Source of the DNA: Folioceros fuciformis | Taxonomy: Eukaryota | Assembly: GCA_049999805.1 (NCBI GenBank) | Contig: JBNGIO010006272.1 | Location: 243,643 to 290,479, forward strand | Reading direction: 5' to 3' | Length of the DNA stretch: 46,837 bases | Shown here: piece after piece, positions 1 to 10,699 of the stretch | How positions within the stretch are numbered: the stretch's first letter is position 1 | Layout: the number at the start of each line of letters is the position of its first letter | Translations under genes and position numbers: made by a program | The notes under the pieces: generated by a model | What the model was told of the DNA's origin: nothing | Seen by the model: only the letters and a program-made list of their open reading frames with translations | Databases searched by the model: none

Positions 1-243
1 CTGCGGGTACCCGTGCCGCAGGGAGCTGGAGAGGGAGAGCAGCAGCAGCAGAGACGACAGCAGCACCAGGGCCAGGAGCAGCAGCAGAGAGGCCCTGGTG
101 GAGAAGCAAGCAGCGCAGTGCCGTGTCACGCTCCATGCCTGCTGCTGCGCTCCCCGCACAGGAGGCGAGCGAGGCCCGGCTGGTGCAGCAGGCGGCTGGA
201 ACCCGTGCTGGTATTGACGGAAGGAGAAGAGCGACGAGGACAT
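1..243 (-). CDS. 5' end of a gene for a probable type II membrane protein (glycosyltransferase-like topology), running off the left edge of the window
   Basis: ATG at 243-241 opens a stop-free frame to base 1: MSSSLFSFRQYQHGFQPPAAPAGPRSPPVRGAQQQAWSVTRHCAACFSTRASLLLLLALVLLSSLLLLLSLSSSLRHGYPQ. This is a short N-tail followed by a Leu-rich transmembrane-like segment. It is absent from the ORF track because no stop falls inside the window. Confidence 0.6.
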   Translation of the reverse strand, partial: MSSSLFSFRQYQHGFQPPAAPAGPRSPPVRGAQQQAWSVTRHCAACFSTRASLLLLLALVLLSSLLLLLSLSSSLRHGYPQ

Positions 244-636
244 GGCAGCAGCCTCCGACCTGCAGCTCTTCTCCTTCCGCCCATACCAGCACCGAGCTCA
301 AAACTTGCACATCATGCCCCCAGATTCGAACTCCAGACGTGCCCCGTTTGCGTTTGCACACTGTGTAGGTATACTACTCAAAATCGTTACTACTTTCACG
401 CCCATGGCATGGATCTCCAGTGCCGTGCCGCGCCGTGCCTCCAACAACATGTCTCACGACTCTTGTCACTTCCTATGCCTCGTCCCCTAGGCCTCCCTCG
501 TCCATGTAGCTCACGACTGGACGCCGATGTTTCGTCTTTATGCTACGCTGGGCTTCTTTCTTTTTCTTTCTCCTCAGCCTACGATGAAAGGGGAACGGAA
601 CGGGCTGCTGCTCGATGCTCGAGGCGAGACTCACTA

Positions 637-2668
637 TAGTAGTTGATATATCCATTTGGCGGAAAATATATCCAAGCACCTGGTCGTAACTTCAGCAAGT
701 TCTAGGTCATAATCTGTAAACATAGCTTCAACATCATCTTCCTCGGCATTATTATGTCCAGCTGAGAATAGTGGAATTTTAGCATTCATGTCCATAGCTG
801 CAATTTGAAAATCTGTATCGAATGCCTACAAAATCTTGCAGGTCTGCCACCTTTTGATACCACCCTTTGATAATAATAGTATCCATAGCTTTAACGTGAA
901 TCCAAGCCTTAAGTAGCCAATCACACACAAACTTCTTAAGGTTTTTAATGTCCAAGTCTAGTGCCACTTCCTCTCCCCTTCCCAGCTGATCCATAACAAT
1001 TATGATCCATAACAATTGTGGCTGTCCACTTGTTGAATTCTTCCTTGAAGGCATGTTTCAAGGGACGTTGAAAGATAACATCAGCCCGTTAGAGTTTGCT
1101 ATTGCAGCTGGCGGGAACATATAGCAAGCAAATGACAGGGTAAGTTTCCTTCATCCATGTAGTAAACTCAACAAATGTATGGACGCTCCAGCAATCTATG
1201 AACCACACCATTTTTTGCCTATGAACCACACCATTTTTTGCCTTGGGCTAAGCTGAAACTGTTCCACGTGCTTGTAATAATATGCGACTAACACATGCTG
1301 AACAAACTGCTTACACGTTGCTATGGTGGACCAATGTGTTTCAGAATAGGTGATGTGAAACTCAGCATCCTTGGCTTCCTTACTCAGCGAAGGAAGTGAG
1401 CGTGCTTATCTTGCCTTGTACAAAAATTTGCAAGGGTAAGAGTCCTCCATCCGCTGCAAATGATACAACTGTTGTGATCTGTCTTTTGTCATCCTTTCCT
1501 AACACCTTGACGTCTTTTCGCTCCTTTCATCTCCTAGGTGTGTCCGCTCAAAGGTACCAAATGTATGTCCATTTGGTCAGAATGAACCACTAATGCTTCT
1601 GGAATTGTGTAGGCCTTCGTAAGGTATGCAATCCAGAACGCCATTCTGGTACCTTGTGTTTCCCAATCCAAAGGCAACTTGGAAGGTGTAGTTGTCGCCA
1701 TCCGGAATGACCAACCAAGTTCCTTCTTCATGAAAGTTCTAATCCATTGCAAGCTGACCTTGAACCCTCCATGTTTTCATGTTGTCAACAGCTCTCGAGC
1801 CCTTGCCTCAACAATACCTCGGATGACGGGGTGCACTGTTGGAGCAGACAGCTACAGCCCTATTGTGTCGGATCTCAAGATAAGAAGGACATCGCAAATT
1901 TCTTTTTTCAAGTTTGGGTAATCCTCTAACACAACTAGGTGGTGAAGATTACACGCAAATCCTATCTTACGTTCAATAGCTCTCTTAGCATAAGGCTTCA
2001 ACTCACCAAATAATGTGAACCAAACATTTAAGGTACCCCTTGATAGCTTCATATATAGACTTCCACCTTCCACTTTTCGGTGTGCTTGTCTATAAGTAAT
2101 TCAAAGTTCCTGAGATGTTCTTGTAGGTCTTCATGGCTACAGCAATTGGAGGCCATAGATAATCTCTAGACCAATTAGTGTATGGACCCCAGTGTTTCCT
2201 TTTGTTCTTTCCAACATCTCTTGAAGCTAGGGCAGGGCTATCCTCTTCATTAGTGCTTAGAGGCACTAATGTTGCAAATGTTGTCTTTCTTGGCCTCCCT
2301 ACATGACGCTTCACAACTGATGCCTTTGGGACCATCCTTCCTAACTCCTCTTCGAACATCAAGCTCCTCTTCTCCAATTCCAGCTGTTTCTCCTCAGCAT
2401 TGATTTTTGTAAAATTCAAAAGGGTCTCTTGAACAGGTGCCATTGTAGCACCTTCCTAATCCAAGTTGGGAATCATAGAAGAACTACCTACCTCTTTAGG
2501 TGTCGATGGATATTTGAGATAAGTAGGTAGGTACCAACTTATTAAGAACATACCTAATTATAAAATTCTATATATTTTTAAACATAATTAATTATGTAAA
2601 TTATTTTAGGGTTGCCTTAATAGACTACCCTAAGAAAAGAAGTTGCCTAATGGATATATCAACTACGG
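637..2668 (-). mobile_element. Decayed full-length pogo-like (Tc1/mariner superfamily, DDE_1-type) DNA transposon
   Basis: 24-bp TIRs at 637-660 (TAGTAGTTGATATATCCATTTGGC) and 2645-2668 (reverse complement CCGTAGTTGATATATCCATTAGGC) match at 21/24. TA flanks both ends (635-636, 2669-2670). Minus-strand transposase fragments: GRPRK, QWIRTFMKKELGWSFRMATT, VVHSDQ, KDDKRQIT, IDCWSVH, YVPASCNSKL*RADV. The frame is broken by stops and frameshifts. Confidence 0.9.
1198..1243. repeat. Perfect 23-bp tandem duplication frameshifting the transposase
   Basis: ATGAACCACACCATTTTTTGCCT at 1198-1220 and 1221-1243. Confidence 0.9.
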
Positions 2669-2996
2669 TAATCACACAGGGTGCGTACAAATACTTCTGT
2701 GCATCTCAAAAATTCTAATTTCATTTACCCCTTCCTATATACAGTAAACAAAACGGAGCAGGACGAGCAGTCACGGGGCGTTCCCCGCGGTTCCGTGGCA
2801 GGCCATATGCTGGAAACGGGAAGAAGAAGAAAACACCTCAAATGTAGAATTCTCGCTTCTGTCCGTATGGGGACCGTGAAGGTGCCTTCCTTGTTGTCGT
2901 AGGCCTGTGAGCGGAATCGTGGGATGAAGCGGAGTGCAGCCAAGCTGTCCGTCTGACAGGATTCTGAGGCTGCCAGCCTGCTGCTTGTTCCAGGAT

Positions 2997-3060
2997 GGAT
3001 TCCGAATAGGAAGGATGCCGAATAGGAAGGATTCCGAATAGGAAGGATCCCGAATAGGCA
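2997..3060. repeat. 16-bp minisatellite, 4 copies, upstream of SPT2
   Basis: GGATTCCGAATAGGAA / GGATGCCGAATAGGAA / GGATTCCGAATAGGAA / GGATCCCGAATAGGCA, contiguous with no spacers. Confidence 0.95.
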
Positions 3061-3354
3061 GCTTTGGGCCACTCGGCCGGGATCCAGGAGCTGTGGGAGT
3101 AGGTACATATATGGCACCGGATTGCGGATCTGGAGCTGTTCTTGCTCTCTGTTGCAGCGGCTTGGACCGGGCCAGCATCGTGGAACCCTATTCCTTTGTC
3201 GGATTCACGGGTTCCGCATGCACGCGCGGGGGACAGGGCGAGAGGAGAGCCGGCTGGCTGTCGGGGCTGACGGAACGGTCTCGGAAGGGGGAGGAGGGGA
3301 GGAGAAGAGCCTGCCTGGGCTGACGGAGCCGGCTCGCAGGGCTCCTGTCCTGAG

Positions 3355-3440
3355 ATGTGGAAGGAGGACAGGAGAGCGGAACTTCTGCGCGAAAATCGGG
3401 ACAGCTCATGGCTTCTAGATAGCCCCGAGGACGATCGGGG

Positions 3441-3477
<37 letters not shown>

Positions 3478-5106
3478 AGCGGCGGTAGGGTCTCGGCCCG
3501 GCATGAGGAGAACCTTGCGCGCCGGGAGAAGCTCAAGGAGCTGCAGCGGAGCAAGTTGAAGACGCGGGAGAGCTTCTACGATAACGGCGGGGAGAGCAGC
3601 AGCAAGCGGACCGGTGCCGGTGCCGCGGAGAATGGCAAGGCTAATGGTGAGAGCCACGGCCCCGTGGAGCAGAAGAAGAAGTACCTTCCCTTTGACAATT
3701 TCGGCTCTTTCTTCGGGCCGTCCGAGCGGGTGGTGCCCAAGCATGTGCTGGAGCAGATTCGCGCCAAGGAGGAGCAGGCCAGGATTGCGCGGATCGAGGG
3801 CAGGCCGACGGTGGGGGCAGGAAGCTCCGGAAAGCCTGCCCCCCGGGATCCTCCCAGGCCTCTTCCTAAGCCTGCGGTGAAGAAGAGGCCAGTGGATGAG
3901 GCCACCAAGAAGGCCCTGGCTCTGAGGGAGTCTCGGGACTACTCGTTTCTGGACTCCGACGAACCTTTGAATGGGCCTGCTTCTAAGAAGGGCCCAGCTC
4001 CCCCCGCTCCTCCTGCGAAGATTCAGTCCTCTGGAAGGCCTTCAGCTTTTCCTTCAAGCCAGAAGCTTGGTGCTGTGCGAGATTCCAGGGATGCTAAGGA
4101 TGCTAGGACTTCAAGGGATGCCAGGGATGGTAGGGATGGTAGGAATGCAAGGGACGCCAGGGATGCTAGGAATGCCAGGGATAGCTGGGATTCCAGGGAT
4201 GCTAATGTTGGATATGGCAGCAGGGATGGCAGTCGGGAAGGCTTTTCTGGTCATGCCACCTCCAAGGAAAGGGGGCAGGTTGGGAGAGGAGGAGACAGCA
4301 CCAAGATGCAGGCACCGACGCAGCGTGCCAAGGAGTCTTTGGGACATTCTTCCAGGCTTCCACCAAGTTCACGCGCCCAACCCACTGTTGCCAGGCCTGT
4401 GTCGAAGCCAGGTTCATCAAGTCAAGCTACGGCGAGGGCTCCGGCGAGGCCTGGTGCGTACCCGCCACCTAAGACTTCTGCTGCAGTCAGGCCTGGGGAG
4501 AGGCCTTCGGCTTCCAAACCTTCGTCTGTAGGAGCAGGGAGGTCTGGCGGGGCTGCCCGGCCAGCTCTTGGTGGATCCAGTGGAGGATTGAAGGCTTCTG
4601 ACCCCAGAGCTCGAAGTGAAGTGGGCTCGCGGAAGCCCGCTTCTCAGGATGCCAGGCGCATGCCAGGTTATGGGCAACAAAGACCTAATGTTATGCCATC
4701 CACCTCCAGGCCCCCTGCTAGACCTGTTGGTGACATGCAAAGACGGTCCCCACCCACAAGAGCAGTTTCCCGGATGGAACCCCCAAGAAGGAGAGAGGAT
4801 GCTCGGCGCCCTCTTTACAGTGACGATGAAGATTCTATGGATGATTTTATAGATGATGATGATGGTCCAGGTGATTATTCCTCTGTTATACAGAACTTGT
4901 TTCGACGTGGACGCAAGAGACCCATTTACTATGATTCTGACGAAGAGGATGACAAGTGCATGGAGGTGGGATTCAGTGCGATAGAGGCAGAGGAAAGGAG
5001 AAGTGCTAGAATAGCTCGAGAGGAGGATCAGAGGGAGCTCGAGGCCATTGAAGCGGAGGAAAGAGCAGAGAGGCTTAGGAGGGAAAAGAAGAAGCGCAGA
5101 TTGTAA
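3355..5106 (+). CDS. SPT2: SPT2 chromatin protein (histone H3/H4 chaperone) homolog, single exon, 583 aa
   Basis: Plant SPT2-type N-terminal block (LARREKLKE...KKYLPFDNFGSFFGPS) and LRESRDYSFL motif, a low-complexity middle, and a C-terminal SPT2 domain (DSMDDFIDDDD...DYSSVIQNLF...MEVGFSAIEAEERRSARIAREED). Confidence 0.88.
3441..3476 (+). repeat. 36-nt poly(A) homopolymer inside the SPT2 ORF (poly-Lys)
   Basis: Uninterrupted A run, in frame with both flanks. Confidence 0.9.
4078..4230 (+). repeat. Degenerate 9-bp coding tandem repeat (RDA/RNA tripeptides) in SPT2
   Basis: AGGGATGCT/AGGGATGCC/AGGAATGCA units encoding RDSRDAKDARTSRDARDGRDGRNARDARDARNARDSWDSRDA. Confidence 0.8.
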
Positions 5107-5329
5107 TACGCAGTCGCAATGCATTTTTTTGGTCAACCTATTTGTCAAATTTTCGGTGGGTTCAACAGAGGTCGGTAGCAGCCTTAAGGCGGCTTGACGA
5201 ACAAGTATTTAACCTTCCTTACCTTATGCAGGCCCAAGGCTTGGGCCTGCATAAGGTGCTCATTGACCCTGCGTACCTGTGCAAGTATGGGCAGTCCAGC
5301 TGTGGGGATGGCGAAGCTGCTTCGTCCAC

Positions 5330-6200
5330 AAACAAGAGACCAAGGATATGAAGCGAATACGGGCGTGGCCAGCAGTTTAGTCAGCATGTATGCAAGATGT
5401 GGCAACTTGGAAGGTTCTCAGGGAGTGTTCAACTACCTGGTTGAAAAGGATGATGTCACGTTGACTGCGCGTATTGTAGGGTTGTCCGAGCAGGGCGTGG
5501 GCAAGGAGGCCCTCAGACACTTCTGTGCTATGGAAGGAGGAGGCCATTGGTGTACCTGCAGTTTGAAGATGGTCGTGTGCCTCCTGCAGGCACGTGCAAG
5601 TGTTGATATCCTGGCCTTAGAGAAGGGGAAGGAGCGTCTTGCAGAACGAGGACATCAAGCTGATGTCTTTATGGTGAGCAGTTTAGTAAACACGTATGCC
5701 AAGTTGGGCCNNNNNNNNNNTGTCTTTATGGTGAGCAGTTTAGTAAACACGTATGCCAAGTTGGGCCGCTTTGAAGAGGCTCAGAGTGCATTCTATGAGC
5801 TTGTCGGAAAGGATTGTGTAACGCGGACTGCTCTACTTGTAGGGCAAGCCCAGGGGCAGGTAGCACTTCGTCTCTGCAGTGTTATGGACGGAAAAGGCAT
5901 CGCTGCAACCAACTCTGTGACATTTGTTTGCCTCTTGCAGACATGCGCAATTTTGGGCATCCCATTGTTGAAGGGGAGGCAGCTCCATTTGCGGATTAGA
6001 GAACGAGGATATCAGACAAAAGTGTGCGTAGCCAGCAGTTAGGTGAGTACGTACTCAATGTGTGGCAAACTGGAAGATGCTCAAAGAGTGGTCAACGAAC
6101 CTAACACAAAAGATGTGGTCACAGGATTGCTTTGACAGCATGGCATGAGCCAGGACGCCCGTAGTCTCTCCAATGCAATGCAATGCAATGCGGGAAGAAA
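5330..6200 (+). pseudogene. Degenerate PLS-class PPR gene fragment
   Basis: Decayed S/P/L motifs (ASSLVSMYARCGNLEGSQGVF, KDDVTLTARIVG, VTFVCLLQTCA), internal deletions, a stop at 6040-6042, and no E domains. Clearly related to the PPR genes at 7525 and 33614. Confidence 0.85.
5664..5767. other. Assembly gap (10 N) flanked by an identical 47-bp sequence (unmerged contig overlap)
   Basis: 5664-5710 is identical to 5721-5767. Confidence 0.85.
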
Positions 6201-7524
6201 AGTACACCCATACCCCATTCGTGGCATATCACATGCCTTTCCTGTGTGCCCACCTGGCCGTTTTGCATCTGGGAGGCAGCCACATACACGCGTTGACAAA
6301 CACGGGCTTGATTCAACCTGTTAGTGATGATGCTGGCACAGCGGCACCCCTACAGAACTTGGACAGTTCTGGACGGATGGGAGGGGTACGGTACTGCCGT
6401 TGCGGACGAACAGTACGATCACAGCCAGGTAAGGCTTAAACAAGTAGTTTCCCGGGGTGGACTGGGGTGAAATTGGATTGCCTACCGCACCATTTGTACG
6501 TGGGGCTCCATAGATATGAGAGGGCCTATTATGTGGACTATGGTATGCTCTTTTGTATGTTCAACACTTGCTAAAGGTTGACTCTCTTTAAGGTGCACGT
6601 TCAACACCCGATTAAGTTTTATTCTGTCGTGCATGTTCAACACCTTTTGGAACTTCGACGGATTTATCAATCGCGTCTCCCAACTTGCCATGGGAAGGAT
6701 AAATTCAAAGGAATGTGGGACCAAGTGTTCCTCTCGCTGGCACCCGCTAATGCATGTTCAATATGTGCTCGGTGAACCTGCTACCTTCTAATCACCGTAA
6801 TCGAGGGACTCGGAAACGTACTAGTCCGTCTGCTCCAGAACTCTCAGTGCATCCATAGCGCCTCAGCGCGACTTCCCCCGTGACCTGCGGGCGTGAGATC
6901 ATCGGCCTATCTCCAGTCGGATCCACCAATACTCATCTCCATTTTCTGAGCTGCAAGATGAGTACGCACCCAGGTCGACTGACTACTCGACCTCGTCAAC
7001 GCAAGAAAACCTTCTGCACTAATTCGAAGGCCAGCGGAGGTTCATCTGATTTTCCCTGCTGTACAATCCCAGTGAAATATGGACGGTCTCCGAAGAAAAG
7101 GTACTCTCTGGGAGAGCCCAGTGCAAAGCTCTAGACGGCCATGGCTCGCAGCCAAGGGTGTAAGAAGCACCACGCCTCTGTTGAGGACGCCGTGGAGGAT
7201 TGCGCATGGCAGCCTCAAACCTGTACCATTCTAATGTCGAAGTAGGGAGTGGCGGTTTTCCTTCCTCCTTGGTTGCAACACTACACCGGTAAAATGAACA
7301 CGGCGGCTGCATCAGCGTTCCTGATACAGACCTACGTTTGTAGATTTAGGTCGAAGGTCGGGAAAGCAGTGGTTGCTGAAAGATGATAGTTGTCTGCCAG
7401 TGCGGTGCAGCCGAGGGAGATCAATGAAGCCCGCAGAGTAGGCAAGCTCGTGGCGCCGTAGTTAGGGCAGGAGGCCAGAACAGAAGGAGCATACGCTGTG
7501 CCTGCTTGTGAGTCGTGATGGATT

Positions 7525-10300
7525 ATGGCTGCGTTGAGCGTTGCGCTGGATTCAAACAGAGCGCGACATGACATCTTGGAGGGACAGGTGTTCTGGACGA
7601 GGCAAAATCGATGTTTGACAGACATTGGAGGTCGAGTTCCTGCTCAGCTGGCCTTGAGGAGTGAAATATTGGAAAGGAACGAAGGCGTGAGTTGTGATAG
7701 GAGCATTGCACGGTACCCAAGATATGAGGCTTGTGCTCGCAGGCCCGCAGGTCACGAATGGAGCGTAACGGCCGGGGCTGTGACCGAGCTATGTGAGCAG
7801 AGTCAACTTGCTGCGGCTGTCGAGGCTCTGGGAGCTCTGGTGCAGTCTGGCTGCCGTTTCTCCAAAACCCTCTTTTATACTGTGCTCTAATAGACAATGT
7901 GTAATTAAGAAGGATCTGGTCTTGGGACGCCGTGTTCATGCTCTCATCAGGAGAGACGGGTATGGCTCGGACACTTTCTTGTGCAACCACATCCTGCGAA
8001 TGTATGCCTCGCATGGGAAAGTGCAGGAAGCGATGGACGTGTTTACCATGGTTTCTGAACCAGATGCTTTCATGTGGTCGTCCATGATGTCAGCCCATGT
8101 GAAGTATGGGCAAGCTATGGAGGCTACAGAGCTGTATAATCAGATGCGCAGCACGAGTGTGAAACCAGATGGCCACGTATTTGTAGCAGCCCTACAGGCT
8201 TGTGCGAGGGTAGCAGACTTAGAAACTGGGCAGCAGGTTCATGCTGATGTGCTGAGCAGCGGGGTTGAGCCTGATTTGTTTGTTTGTAATAGCTTGGTGG
8301 ACATGTATGCAGAGTGTGGCATGGGTCAACAGGCCCGTCGTCTGTACAGTGATATGCAGCAGGACGGCATGGGTGCACCCGATCCTGTGACATTTGTTTG
8401 CCTCCTGCAGGCATGTGCGAGTTTGGGTGCTCAAGCGTTGGACAAGGGGAAGCAGCTTCATGCACAGATTGGGGAACGGAGACTCCAAGGTGATCTGATT
8501 ATAGGTTGTAGCCTGGTAAACATGTATGCAAAGTGTGGAAGCCTGCACGATGCGCAGACTTTGTTTGATGGACTTGGTGTGAAGGATGTGGTGACCTGGA
8601 ATGCGATTATAGCAGGCTATGCCCAGCAGGGCATGGGTGAGGAAGCTATAAATCTGTACAGTGCTATGAAGGAGGAGGGCATCACAGCGCCATACTCCAT
8701 CACATTTGTGTCCCTCCTGCAGGCCTGTGCGAGTCTCGGAACCCGGGCGTTGGACGAGGGCAAGCAGCTTCATGCTCAAATTGGAGAAGTTGGACTCCAG
8801 GCCGATGTGGTTGTAGGTTGCAGCCTTGTAAACATGTATGCAAAGTGTGGAAGCCTATTGGATGTTCAGAGCGTGTTTGATAGCCTTCCGAAGAAAACTG
8901 TGGTGACCTGGACTGCACTGATAGCTGGGTATTCGTAGCAGGGTATGGGCCGAGAGGCGCTTTATCTCTACTCTGACATGGAAGATGAAGGCATTGCAGC
9001 ACCCAATTCTGTGACATTCGTGTGCCTCCTACAGGCATGCGCAAGTGTTGGGTCCTTAGCTTTGGAGAAAGGGAAGGAGCTTCATGGACAGATTGGACGA
9101 CGAGGATTGCAGATTGATGTTGGTTTAGGCAACAGCTTGATTAACATGTATTCAAAATGTGGCAGCCTGCAGGACGCTCAGAGTGTGTTTGATAGACTTC
9201 GTGAAAAAGATGTGGTAACATGGAATGCCATGATAGCAGGGTATTCCCAGCAGGGCATGTGGCAGGAGGCCCTTCATCTTTACAGTGGCATGCAAGAAGA
9301 AGGCATTGCTGCTCATTGTGTGACGTTTGTGTGCCTCTTGCAAGCATGTGCAAGTGTGGCAGCTTTGCGGTCAGGAAGGGAGCTTCATGCGCAGATTGTA
9401 GAACAAGGGCTTCAAGCTGATGCAACTGTAAGCAACAGTTTGATCAACATGTACGCAAAGTGTGGGAGCATGATTGATGCACAGCAGGTGTTTGATGAAT
9501 TGCCAAATCGAGGCATTGTCACTTGGAATGCTTTGATCGCTGGATATGCCCGTCAGGGAGATGCCAACGTGGTATTCAACTTGGTCAACAGGATGGAAAG
9601 TGAGGGCATACAACCCGATGATATTACATTCCTTAGTCTGCTTACAGTATGCAGTCATGCAGGTTTAGTGGACAAAGGGCAAAATTACTTTGAGACTATG
9701 AGCAGACATTATGGTATCATTCCCACTGCCGAGCACTACACATGCATGGTGGATATTCTGGGTCGCGCAGGCCAACTTGATGAGGCATTAGCGTTAGCAA
9801 GGAGAATGCCTGTCCAACCTCAAGTTACAGTTTGGCACACGCTCTTGGGTGCTTGTCAGAAGTGGGACAACGTTGAGGTGGGGCGCTGTGCGTTCGAGGA
9901 AGCAGTGACCGTGGATGAAAAGGACTCCACAGCGTATGTTGCCATGTGCAACATTTACTCAGGTGCCCAGATGTGGGATGAGGCTCAGGAGATGCAGGCA
10001 AGTAGAACAGAAATTGGCGCGTGGAAGCAGCCTGGTCTGACCTGGTGGACAGACATGGATGGACTGCTCCACACTTTTGCGGCTGGGCATAAAAAACACC
10101 CCAACAGTGAAGCTGTACGTCCATTCATGGCTAAATCAGCTTCTTAAGAAAACTGGAAGGTATGTCCCGCATCTGGATCCCATCTGCTCCGGACACACCC
10201 GATGCTGGAAAACAGTGCTCTCCGCTCGCAGTGGCACCTAACTGATTAAAGCGAGCTCGGGTTCGGCCTACTCTCCTTTCGTGCTAACTAAGAAATTTAA
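7525..10300 (+). pseudogene. PLS-class PPR RNA-editing-factor pseudogene with E1/E2, a PG/WW box and an eroded DYW remnant
   Basis: P-L-S triplets, L2-S2 (ITFLSLLTVCSHAG; EHYTCMVDILGRAG), E1/E2 and WKQPGLTWWTDMDG. Lesions: a 4-nt TAAT insertion at 7888-7891 (relative to the paralog YAVLRQC), loss of most of an S motif plus the start of a P motif near 8320 (MYAECG-MGQQ), an in-frame TAG at 8936-8938 (GYS*QGM), and a frameshifted DYW-like remnant (LLKKTGRYVPHLD; LAVA; PFVLTKK). Confidence 0.9.
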
Positions 10301-10319
10301 TGCCTCTTCATAAGCCCTC

Positions 10320-10374
10320 CATAGCACTGTACATATATATGGCTTCCTCTCCCATGCCCTGCTGGGCATAGCCT
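10320..10374 (-). repeat. Inverted 55-bp copy of a PPR P-motif segment
   Basis: Reverse complement matches 8614-8668 at 51/55 and encodes GYAQQGMGEEAIYMYSAM. Confidence 0.9.
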
Positions 10375-10699
10375 ACGAAGACTGCAGCCCAGATCACCTC
10401 GGCCTTCACATGACCCCGGCCTCCACGTTCTAAATACTAACAAAGAAACTGGGAACAGGTCAATTGACAAGTGCATTAATACTCTCCAATAGAAAAAAAA
10501 TCTAAGCTAAGCGGTGGCTCAGGTGGGCATGCAGCCCACGTGATTTTTTGTTTGAACCAAATTTCATTTCTGCTTTTATGCCGATTTCACTCATGTGCTA
10601 CTAATGCACAAGTGCAATGAGTGCTCCAGTACATAGGGAACTCGTCCCCGGAAAACAGTCATTATGGAAATAGACATCTAATATAGGGTTTCATCTCAC

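Noticed and set aside
13..639. 208-aa plus-strand ORF with poly-Gln
   Set aside because: It starts at GTG and has no recognisable domain. The CAG runs are the antisense of the Leu (CTG) transmembrane codons of the minus-strand gene.
2997..3060. Short repeats as a CRISPR array
   Set aside because: The units are contiguous with no unique spacers, there are no cas genes, and the context is eukaryotic.
2838..3744. Minus-strand ORFs with poly-Phe
   Set aside because: They are shadows of the GC-rich SPT2 5' region and the poly(A) run.
5664..5767. Tandem duplication in the PPR fragment
   Set aside because: Identical 47-mers on either side of a 10-N gap are typical of an unmerged contig overlap.
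8936..8938. TAG repaired by U-to-C editing, making the PPR gene functional
   Set aside because: Reverse editing is known for organellar, not nuclear, transcripts. The gene also carries a 4-nt frameshift and a destroyed DYW domain.
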